In this document: positions 10,370 to 21,353 of the stretch, piece by piece
Numbering within the stretch: position 1 is the stretch's first letter
Layout: the number at the start of each line of letters is the position of its first letter
NCBI GenBank assembly: GCA_965644295.1
Contig: CBFFRP010000418.1
Span: 1-64,000 of the forward strand
Direction: 5' to 3'
DNA length: 64,000 nucleotides
Source: Paraphysomonas bandaiensis
Taxonomy: Eukaryota > Protista > Chrysophyceae
Program-made: the position numbers and the translations under genes
Notes under the pieces: generated by a model
What the model saw: only the letters and a program-made list of their open reading frames with translations
What the model was told of the DNA's origin: nothing
Database searches by the model: none

Positions 10370-13300
10370 CTACGTGCGAATCACATCAGGGGTAATAGGC
10401 ATGCGGCGCGTTGGCTGCATCTCTAGGTCCGCGGCCGCAGAAGACTCGGGGTTAAACACTTGCATGAAAGGGATACTTTGTCCCTTGTACCAGCGACTGA
10501 GAAGATATAAAGCCGCAGCGGCAAAAATGGCACCGACAGTATACACCATGCCTTCAAGCATAGTCAAAAACACAGCTGCAGCACCGGCGGATTCCGTATG
10601 GACAACTTTTACGCGATGACGATTTGCCTCCAGTCCCTTTGCTTGATCTAAAAAAATGTTACAACATGATGTCTGATGCATACAGAAAAAGATACCTAGG
10701 AACACTCCGTCATTAAATGTCCAGTAGTCATCATCGTCATCCCACCAGCCATCATCGTCAGTCATTGTGAAATTGTCCGCTCCAACACGGCCACAGTCCT
10801 ATACTCAGCAAAGTTAACACGAAAGTACCTATATATCCAGGTAGGTGATATGAATTTACCTGGCAATCAGTGCCAAGAATACAGTAGTTCGCTCCTCTAG
10901 GGTCATCACACTGTCCATCTCTGGCATAGGGGCAAGTGTTTGTGCATACTACTGCATTTGAGTCTGACGAGTCAATGTTTGAGTAATCTACAATGGCATC
11001 CACTCCTCCACAATCAGTGCAGTCAGTGCCTTTTAGGCATGCTGAAACCATCAACTGGTCATCCTCCATATAGTAATCATCATACCAATATTCCTCCTCG
11101 TCGTCATAAGCCTCACCATTGGCATACTGTCCGTATCCGTAGTATCCACCGAAATCATCGTCCATGTAGTAACCACCCCCCTCATAGTAATTGTAGTACA
11201 TTTCATCTTCAGTGCCATCATCGCAGACGCCGTCAAATGCGAACTCGCAGGAGTCATCGCACACCACACCCTCTCTGTCTTTCACAATCTGACCAATGGT
11301 AATGGGGGAGTCAAACACAATATCCCCAGCACCTGTGTCAATGGAAGACACTTGGAGGGGATATTTCTTATCAGAATCCGCTAGAGATAAAAACGAGGGA
11401 AGCCAGTCATAGTCAGGTTTCAGCTGAAGGCGAATTGTGTCATCAGAAACAGAAAGCACTTTGTAGGCTCCTGGGACAGTGGGACGCAACACCACTTTGA
11501 CATCTGCAACATTTGTGAATCCACGGCCGCTAATGACCACCACTTTGCTCTGTGTCTCATGAATATTATCGTCACCACCTTCCACAACAGGGTCTTCAAG
11601 AACAGTGGCAACACGGATGCCATCGCCGTTAGCTAGAGGATAATCCTTGCCGTCGACCTTAACTGCCTTAATAATAAGTAGACCAGGCTCTTGGGACCAT
11701 TTTTTGCCTGACTTAAGATTCAGTTGCACTTTGTTTCGGTTTATGTATGAGATGGAGTAATCCACGCCCTCAGCCAGAGGAGGAGAAAACAAAAATGATA
11801 TGCCATCGGTAAATCCAGTACCAGTCACATCAATCTTGCTGTGCAATACAGATTGGTAGACTCTCTGTGTCATGGGGTAAACTTCTACGCCTGCTGTGTT
11901 TTCAATGTCCACATCATCTACTACTTGTGCGACATGAACGCCTTCGCCAGGGAGCTTTACCCACCCAGCCGAGTCGCCCCTGGTATTGATATCAGTCACT
12001 AGCAACTCACAGGGGCCTGTTGCCCACTCCCTTCCGTCTTTGAGGTTAATCTCCATGTTCGTCCTATCAATTACGCGGATAGTGTAATCCCGTCCTTCTG
12101 TAAGCGGGGGATTAAATCGAAGTTGGGGGGTAGTCATAACCAGTGGAAAACCAACACCGCGAATGTGAAGCTCGTGTGTGTGTGTGCGGTATATCTTTGT
12201 GAACGACGAAAATACGTTAGGTCGCTCGAATACACGCGCGACATCGCGACCCTTAGCCGCATTAGTAGGCCCAACAGCAACGAACCCATCACCGGCATTC
12301 ACTGCGAGTAGAGTGAGATAGCCAGGAAGGTTTTCGACATTCTTGCGCCAAAAAGAGCCAGGGGTGAGCCTGAGGGTTAACGAGTTCTCACTAAGACTAG
12401 AAATAGTATAGTTAACTCCTTTGCCAAGGATACCGTTGTTAAAGCGGAGTGTAGTTTCGTCTGGGTTGAATCCAGTGCCTTTGATTTTGACAGTCGGATC
12501 GTCATGGTATATCAGCTGTTCATCCTCAGTATCCTCGACAGTTATGAAGTGGCCTTCAAGGTCATCCTGGACATTAGCGACGACAACACCGACATCTCCA
12601 TTGAGTTTAACTGGCCCCCCTCCAGTGTCCACACCAATAACGCTCAGCTTACCGGGTTGCTCAGCCCACTCGTAATTGTGCCTTAGCCTAAGGGTGACTG
12701 AGTTGCCAGCTAAAGGGAAGGGGGAAACCACTTCATACGCTATCTCCTTCAAAAGAGGGGGGTCAAAGTAGAGATCGATCTTCTTGGCACCAGCAAACCC
12801 AGTGCCCTCAATCTCAAGCTCATTTGTTGCGGTTTTGTAAATAACCTCAGTGTTTTCTTTTATCGTGGGAGTGGCTAGAACATTTGCCACGATAACCGGA
12901 TTGGGAAGCACATTGCGATCTCCACTGCTCTCAAATTTCACAGAGGAGAGAATGAGCCCGACAGGGGGGTTGCGATTGCTTAAGTCTACCCACCTAACAA
13001 TGACATAGTCAGACATCATAAGCAAATAATCGCATATAATGGCAACCAAAGTAACAAATAAATACATTTCTAAAAGCAATAACACTTATTGTCGTAAAAG
13101 AAGTCAGTCACGGTAGTAATAAAAATAGCAACTACAGCAACAAAAAAACAACAGCTGTTATAAGAAGGAATAATAAAACAGGTAGCATAGTGATGAAAAT
13201 TACACAGTAGGAACCACAAATACAGCAATAACAATGATTATAACAATCTAATCCATAACCATATCAGTGGGCACTACTATAGTAAAGGCAGTCATAGTCC

Positions 13301-13923
13301 TACCACTAGCTACAAAAAACAGTATACATATCATACAGTCAACTTACTTCCTAGATGAATAGTCACAGTGACACCAATCATAACACACACACAGCCTCAT
13401 ATCATACAGTCAACTTACTTCCTAGATGTCAATAGTCACAGTGATACCAATCATAACACACACACATACACACAGCCTCATATCATACAGTCAACTTACT
13501 TCCTAGATGTCAATAGTCACAGTGATACCAATCATAACACACACACATACACACAGCCTCATATCATACAGTCAACTTACTTCCTAGATGACTGAAGGCA
13601 CAGTGATACCAATCATAACACACACACATACACACACAGTCTCATATCATACAGTCAACTTACTTCCTAGATGTCAATAGTTTCAATACGATCCCATCAT
13701 CAGACTTTGATAAAATAAAATCCTTATCCATTCTAAGAGGATCCTCACCAGGGGCTGATAGTTCAATGGATATATCATGTTCATCCGCATCAAATCCCAC
13801 CCCTTTAATTCTTAGTTTCGGAGCTCTGTCATATATGGTCTGAACCTGAGGAACTATCGTGACCTCCGCGACAGTCAATCCTATCGCTACACTAGCTAAA
13901 ATTGAGCAAAATATTCCACGCAT
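10370..13923 (-). CDS. Type-I membrane/cell-surface protein with six IPT/TIG-like repeats and two Cys/Asp-rich modules
   Basis: Exons 13923-13664, 12993-10860, 10798-10696 and 10647-10370 join in frame at GT-AG sites. Signal peptide MRGIFCSILASVAIGLTVA, six I(Y/H)...IxGxGF repeats, two CxxxC..A.DG.CDD...C..GTDC.DCG modules and a C-terminal TM helix. Confidence 0.85.
13326..13680. repeat. Intronic tandem repeat (71-83 bp period) containing five copies of the exon1/intron1 junction
   Basis: cagtcaacttacttcctagatg at 13336, 13407, 13488, 13569 and 13652. Confidence 0.95.
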
Positions 13924-14226
13924 ATTAAAAGCTTACTGCTCAATGAAATTGAATGAAATGTGTTGGGAATTATGCATATAACACACCAGTATTTGATGAA
14001 TCCTAACTACACATACATAGAGATGTATGTATGTAGGTAGGTAGGGAGGGAGGTATGTGCTACAACTGAATATGAGGTCAGAACACTTTGATTAGTTTAT
14101 TTATATCTTTAAGGGACACATTGTCAGAGTTTCAGTTGTTGGATAATGAGGAATACAGGATACTACAGGAATACATGTACCTAGATGTGTATGTACTGTA
14201 TGTACTGCAGCATGTCCAGCGATGTA

Positions 14227-14358
14227 CAGGGGGTGGTTGTGCATATCGATTTTATCATTTATTTCATTGAAAAGTCATCGTTTTTCCATTGAAAAGTCAC
14301 TTTTTTTCACTTTTCACTGAAAAAACGATGACTTTTCAATGAAATAATCGACATACAG
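14227..14358. mobile_element. Foldback MITE family 1, copy 1
   Basis: Leader ggtggttgtgcatatcgatttta, then ~25-bp inverted arms atttcattgaaaagtcatcgttttt / aaaaaacgatgacttttcaatgaaat. Homologous copies at ~29983 and ~34495. Confidence 0.8.
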
Positions 14359-14464
14359 TACCTATCAATGTGCTCTGGGTTTAAGTCTATACACATATAC
14401 ATACATACATGCATCTACTCTCTCCACTCCATTCCAACAAAACTCATCAAACTCACAATAACAA

Positions 14465-15478
14465 ATGCCCTCCTCCACCTCCATCCTTTCTCTCTACCTC
14501 CTCACCATCACCTTCCCTCTCATCTCCTCCTTCCACGCCTCATCTCTCCTCTCCACCGCTCGTATATCTCACAACGCCGCCCCCATACAACCCTCACATA
14601 ACAAACAAATTATACCATCAATTACAGAAAAATCACGTACAATTACTAATGTATGTGTCTCTGGTACACTCAGTACATCAACAACAGATGATAACAGCCC
14701 CTTTGGATCGTATGCGGACTATATAGTCGACGATAAGGGATGGCCTGTAATGCTACTGCATGAGAAATCTCAGAATGCAATTAACTTAAATTCAAATTCC
14801 AAAGCATCACTCTTTTGTCAGCTTCCTTCCCAATTGCATTATGGACAGTCGGCAACATCGATTGGACGAGTCACTCTTTCCGGAGATGTCGAAAGAGTGC
14901 CGAAGGCTGAGACAAGTGCTCTCAAGTTTGCTTTCCCTTTAGTGCACCCATATGCAGAGCGTTTAGTAAACCTTCCGCAGTATTTTTTTGCGAGACTGAA
15001 ACCTTCCCGCATACATTACACAGGTGGGTATGGCGCGACTCCAACGTGGGTGGATGTGCATGCCTATGAATCGATTAGGCCAGATATTCTTGCCCAAGAG
15101 GTCCCCAGTATCTTGCCCCGCATGAACATTGAAAGACAACTGGAGCTAAGACTAATGTGTAAACACTTTTTGGGGCTAGATCATGTAGACGGGGCTACGT
15201 TGCATGGAATGGATAGACTAGGAGTCGACCTTAGAGTACAACTAGGTAGGTGGTCACACTGGAGTGTGTATGTGGTGTAACCCTGTATTTCTTGTGCTAA
15301 CAAACGTATATATCTAGGTCCGTATTCCGATGACTACAGGATAGCTTTCAGATACCCCGTACAGACAGCAGAAGGGGCAAAGAGTGAAATGATGAAGCTC
15401 TTCCAGGAGTGCTGGGAGAGAGAGAACACTGGCGAGTACTACACGTCATCGTTACCCGACACTCTGAAGCACAGCTAG
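14465..15478 (+). CDS. Plastid-targeted glutamyl-tRNA reductase-binding / HugZ-like protein (PNPOx-like split barrel + DUF2470-like domain)
   Basis: Exons 14465-15245 and 15318-15478. Motifs GTLST..SPFGSYADY, RVTLSG, YTGGYG, GMDRLGVDLRV and YRIAFRYPV..AKSEMMKLFQE. Signal peptide ends in ISS-F, followed by a Ser-rich transit-like segment. Confidence 0.82.
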
Positions 15479-16640
15479 CGTGCTTATTCGAATATAATAC
15501 AGACGTTCAATTATGCAAAAGCAGGGTGCGGAAGCTATGTTTTAGTTAGTGCTTAATTCTGTGTGAAAAGAGGCCTCTTTGCTGTAGTGACTGATGATAT
15601 CATTGTCAGTCTATCCGGTATTCTGGGTGCTTCCTTCACAAGTTTGCGATGAGTTGGCGTAGATTTTTTTCGTCTTCAAATAATACAGCGTAGATAGTGT
15701 GTTTTGACTGCTTGTGGCCAAGCAATATGGTTATGTAAATAGATGAATATCAACTCTTTTACGAAGATGAATATTGAGAACTGTTTTTGCTTTTCTATGA
15801 TCCGCACTCTCTATGATGCGATCGAATGAACGATTCTCATTAATAGGGGTGCTTCTCAATCCTAATAAATTAAAGCTTATGAGTTTTATTTTCTGATTTT
15901 TACCTTTTAAGTTCGACGAAGCATAATTCACCATAACTCTAGATATTGTCCTGTTCGAAATGAGAAATCACAAACCGACAACTATATTCCTCTACATTTT
16001 GTATTTTCTACTGAGGATGGGGTAAAAAATAAATCAGTGCAATGATATGGAAATATTTTTGTTGTGATGTATTTTCACTCTCTGGAGGAATTAATGTGTA
16101 GTAAGTAGTAAGTATTTATGAATCAAACCCGAGTTTCATTGCACTTTTAAATTTACTTTAAGTCTGGTATATATGCCAGAATAACTCATTTACATAGTTG
16201 TAGTTTGTAGTACTGTGATTTCGGGAGTAATAACAATAAATCAGTTTTTTAGTAATGTGTTCTAATAAAACGTAGAGTCATATAAATTTAAGAAGACGCT
16301 GGAGTTTACGCAGGGACACCTAGCCAATATGTGATGGGAATATATAATATTATTAAAAGTGCAAATGGCTTACTGCCAAGAGTTAATACCTTTGTTATAT
16401 TCAACTAGTCACCAGTAAAACCAACAAATTAACAGTCATCTAACCTGTTGAAACTCCACTACCAGATTCCATATGCCGGCCAACTTTCTACTGTCACTAC
16501 GGATATGTCTGTACAATAGATTGACAGTCTATATATCGAATACAAATAGGCCAGCAGAAGATACTGGAATATGAATGTCGATGTACATCACTGAGTCTAT
16601 ACATATCCGCTGTCACACCTATCTAGAGCAGTTGTAAACT

Positions 16641-18280
16641 CTACTTGTTCATCATCATGGCTTTGTATGCATCTGGATCAAAGAATTTCATGAGTTCCCA
16701 GTGATGCTCACAAGCATCTACAAGACCCATGTCAAACAGTCTTCTGGCATTATTAGGATCTGCTGACAAATGGTAATTGAGCAGTGAGTGGTGCCGCCAC
16801 ATCCACGGAGATACTTCTAGTTGCATGTCTCCATTGGGCAGACGGGTTATACACTGACTTTTTACCGACCAGTACACTCCATCTCGCGTTATACCATCCG
16901 GCCTTACCACTACAAAGATGATGACACATCAGACGCAGGCAATAATAGTATAAAATATATGCACTAATGAGAGATTAAACTATACTCACCCGATGTTGTG
17001 CTACTGCTGGTAGCACTAATATGATTTGCGGAACCTCCTGACTCAGGGGACCACATTGTAGAGATTTTTTCTCCTGTACCGTCATCAGAGAGGGAGGAAA
17101 AACTGTTGCTCCTGCTATGACTACTGGCGGATGTTTCTACCACAGTGCCAAGGGACGGAGGCTGGCTGGCGCTTTTGGTATTTACATGGGAGCGACCTAG
17201 CTCGTGTTCATCATCTATATTACTCTCCAAAGCATTACTGCCGATGAACTGTACATAAGAGACATCGTCATCATCATTGTCAGTAGTCTTCTCTTGGGAA
17301 GAAAGGGAAACATCTTCGGTGGGATCATTGCAGCTTAGGTCGGGGATCCAAGACCGTTGTCGCGAGTACAGCTCCTCAATACTTGCGACGGTGTCTCTAA
17401 AAGAGAACCCACCGCCACAGGCTCCCTGCCCGCCCACCAACCCTAGCGAGTCGACTACTTTGCTCAGGCTCGAGTGACAGATGTTCGCAGTGTTTGCTTG
17501 TCTCTGTCGGCGCTTCTCATGACGTCTGTGCCATCGGTCTTTTACCAAATGGCCAATGGCTCCGGTCACTGTATATGCAAATCTCAGTATGTTGTGACGT
17601 CCACTGCTCATTGGAGCACTATCATGAGGATGTCCTTCCTCTTCCTCGTTCTCTTCTAGCGGCTGGAGAAGAGTATCAGAAAGACGATGCGCTTGTTCTA
17701 CTATTCCTTCCTCTATCATTTCTATATCGTGTACAAGTTCTTCGGCCATATGACGCACTCCAGTAACGTTTGTTATACCCCCATCCGCACATATCCATCC
17801 CCGATATATAACATATGGTCGCCCATTTAGAGCAAAAGGGATTAAAGCAGATGCTATAATGCATTCACAAACATCTTCATTTGAATAAAACTCTGTCACA
17901 AATTCATCTTTAAGATACGGGAGTGTACCCCATGCTAACCGTGTAACAGATAGTCCAAGTCGTCCTCTTACACGTTCCTTTAAATCCACATCTCCAAATA
18001 GTTTATCAAATACAAGCCGTATGCCTCTATCATACACCATATAAGCACCCATTACAGGTCGATTCTTAGCACACTCAGGTGCATATTGTATAACATGCTC
18101 AAATCCATGTTTGACATCTTCACCAGCAGCAAGAAGAAGGGCAGGCCAACCCCCCCCACTAGCACCTGAAAACTTTACATTCGTTAAATTAAAGTGTTTT
18201 TGTATGTAGTATGCGATGCCAAGTTGATAAAAGTAACATCCAGCTGATATAGAGAATGCTACGTGTTTATCTCCTGACAT
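16641..18280 (-). CDS. Patatin-like phospholipase (PNPLA family)
   Basis: GASGG nucleophile, ASALIP and DGG motifs. Two exons, 18280-16990 and 16909-16641, joined in frame. Confidence 0.88.
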
Positions 18281-18552
18281 TATGAGAGGTTAGAGTCATC
18301 AGGTGGGTGTGTATGAGATGTGAGATGGATGGATTGATATGGTAGTTGTGTGCTCTGCTCTGCTGTGACTGTGCTGTTCGATTCTATATGTATGTATATA
18401 TGTGTATACACCCACCCCTCTCTATATAGAGAATACACCATACGTATGTGTAGTACCTCATATGGAACTGATACACGAGATTCCATACAGTGCAGCCCAC
18501 TCGCGATATAACGCGGTTCTTACGTATACTGACACTCTTCGGTATGCACATA

Positions 18553-18715
18553 CAGAGTATAAATTCCGTCTGCGGAATATGTTGATCCAGCAAAAAAATC
18601 GACCTTTTTTCGTTATTTCTCTGAAATATATTTGTCAAAAAACAACATGCATCAAAAAAGCCTGGATTTTTTTGCTGGATCGACATAGTTATTCCCACAG
18701 ACAGAATTCCTACTG
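18553..18715. mobile_element. MITE (family 2)
   Basis: Inverted arms aattccgtctgcggaata-tgttgatccagcaaaaaaatc / gatttttttgctggatcgacatagttattcccacagacagaatt. Confidence 0.7.
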
Positions 18716-19150
18716 CTACTACGATCTTATATACCATACACTAGATATCGTAGTTTCTATATTATGAGGAATTTTCCCACTTTTTTAGTCTACTTTTCCC
18801 CTTTTTTCATAATAAATTTCTTTACAAACAAAACCCTTAAGAGTTTTGATGTATTCACTGTATTCCGCCCATTTTAATGAAAAGACATGTGCTATAATCG
18901 TCGTATGCAAGTGTAGTAGGTGGGAGGAAGTGCACCTATGACGATATCCCATAGACCCCCACACAAAGGGGACAGTATGAAGCTGAAGACGATGTTAGTA
19001 TCGAACGACTACAGATGCAAGTATATATGAGGAAGGAAACATCTGTATGTCAATCGAAGTCGAAGTCGAAGTGGAAGTCGTACGATATCAGCGAATAGGA
19101 GAGGAGTACAGAGTACGTGAATTTCCTTTTGTTATCACTGGTGTCTACTA

Positions 19151-19193
19151 TACATACATACATACATACATACATACATACATACATACATAC
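19151..19193. repeat. (TACA)10 microsatellite
   Basis: Read directly from the sequence. Confidence 0.95.
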
Positions 19194-20987
19194 TGATAGA
19201 TTGATTATATAAAGCGAACACAGGCTCATTATTACCACACTCATTCACCTCTCAATGCTTCCATACTTTGAGTCAATTCTTGTTGTCTCTGTTGTCTGTG
19301 CTGTCTTATGTTTCCTCCCTCCAGCCCTTCAACTCCCACTTCTACTTCGTACAGCCTCTTTAACAGACGCTCTCACATCATACATCTTTCAAATGTCTCT
19401 TGTAGCTGCAGTTGCTTCATCAGCTCCTGTTATCATCGACACTATCATGGACAGCTATAAACTTCCTAGAAACTTCTTGTATCCGAAATGGTTGTTATTG
19501 TTCTCACTCACAGTCCCCAATACAGTCATGTTGATATATAACACCAATACAAGTATATTCTTCTGTGCAATGCATGCAAGAGAAATCATGCTTGTGTTGT
19601 CCCTTCTATCTTATTTAGTGTCTGATAAGAAGGAAATACGTATAACTCGTGGAGCTTGTTGTCTGGCTGCCTGCTTTGCTGTATCCATCTTACTTAACAA
19701 TTTCAACGGATACTTCGATGACACTCATATAGAGAATTCTTCACTGGTGTTGTCATTTTTAGCCCTTCTCGGGATTTTTTTCCTTTGTGGATATAAACTA
19801 TACACACTTTTCCATCAAAAAGCTACCGATGACTGCTTCCGCTACACAGTGGTGTACACGATTAGCCTCTGCTTCAATTTGTTAGGCAAATGGATTGTAT
19901 GGGTATTAACGGGTAGTCATGGTTGGTCACAGACTGTGGCGCCACAAATTGCGGGATACACATTTATCGATATGACGACAGTTATATTTGCCTCAACAAT
20001 TCCCGGACGGATAGCCAGACATGAAGCTACTCTATTGCAGGTAAAAAACCGCATGATGAATAGAATAATGGTGTTGCATAGTGCAGCATATGCAGTGATA
20101 TGATGACCGCAATGTCAATATGGGCACTTTCTTGCCATAGCTGTTTGTGCTAATATTATTGTGTAATCGTAGATAAAGCTGGAAGCAAAGAAGAACTTTG
20201 TGCGTTATGTCTCACATGAGATCCGCACTCCTCTCAACACCGTATTCTTGGGTCTTCAAGTCTTAACTGACCGCTTAAACGTGAAGGAGTTAAAGAGTCA
20301 AGTGGGGAGTGAAGGACGAGAGCTCTGCAAAGACCTTAAGTCTGCATGCTGGGTGGCTATCGAGATGTTAAATGATCTCCTGCTTTTTGACAAGATCGAG
20401 GAAGGTCAAATTGTACTTGAGAAACGCACTGTTCGTTTCCTGCCCGTTCTTCGTGAGACTCTGTCAATGTTCAGTGTCCAAGCGCAGGCTGCTGGTGTAA
20501 TTCTCGAGACACCGAAGGTAGACGATATATCACCTCATCTCGAGAATGCTATGATTCATGTGGACGTGAAAAAGTTTTCCCAAATCGTTCGAAATATTGT
20601 TTCCAATGCACTCAAGTTTTCTCCTGAAGGAGGAGTTGTGACTGTCCGAGCACTGTTGAAGCCTAAACCTGGTAGTGAAAACTTACCTGATGATGACGAG
20701 AAAAGCACTAGCAGCAGTGTTTTTGACGGTGCTGGCAGTGTGCTGAGGCTTGAGGTGAAAGACTCGGGACCAGGCCTTACAGAGGTGAGTGAGTTTGTAC
20801 TCAGTATGTGTGGGGCTCTGTTAGTGATGATGTGTATAGGAACAACAGAAGCAGCTATTTCGTGATATCGTTCAGTTCAATGCGGCAGACTTACAGGGTG
20901 GAGGAGGATCAGGACTAGGCATGTGGATCTCCAAGGCTATCATTGATAAGCATGGGGGTAATATTGGAGTTGAGTCAAGTGGTATAC

Positions 20988-21304
20988 TGTAGGACTATCC
21001 ACTTACATATAGAATATATACGTGTACATGTCCTGTATTATATGATTAGTAGTACAGTACTGTATTGTATACGTGTACCATGTAGTTAGGAATACAAACT
21101 GTAGGGAATGTGATTGTTGGGATTAGCAATAGCCGTTGATATTGTAGACAGTATTATTAGCCGTTGATATTGTAGACAGTATTATTAGCCGTTGATATTG
21201 TAGACAGTATTATTCATGATTCATTATACGATAATAATCATTATTTTGTACTTCTGTACTTGGGTATTGCTTTGCACACATACACATATGTATGCAAGCC
21301 CACA
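20988..21304 (+). repeat. 5' LTR of element B
   Basis: Identical by eye to 26253-26569. Contains 3x 28-bp tagccgttgatattgtagacagtattat. Confidence 0.97.
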
Positions 21305-21353
21305 GTAATATTACTTAATAAGTAGTACTCAATCTCTGTGATATAACAATATT

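Noticed and set aside
13326-13680. CRISPR-like array, or coding repeat ORF 13368..13595
   Set aside because: Units are near-identical throughout and derive from the exon/intron junction. The ORF is a by-product of the repeat.
19255-20987. Histidine kinase as bacterial contamination or recent HGT
   Set aside because: It has spliceosomal introns, and hybrid kinases are normal in protists.
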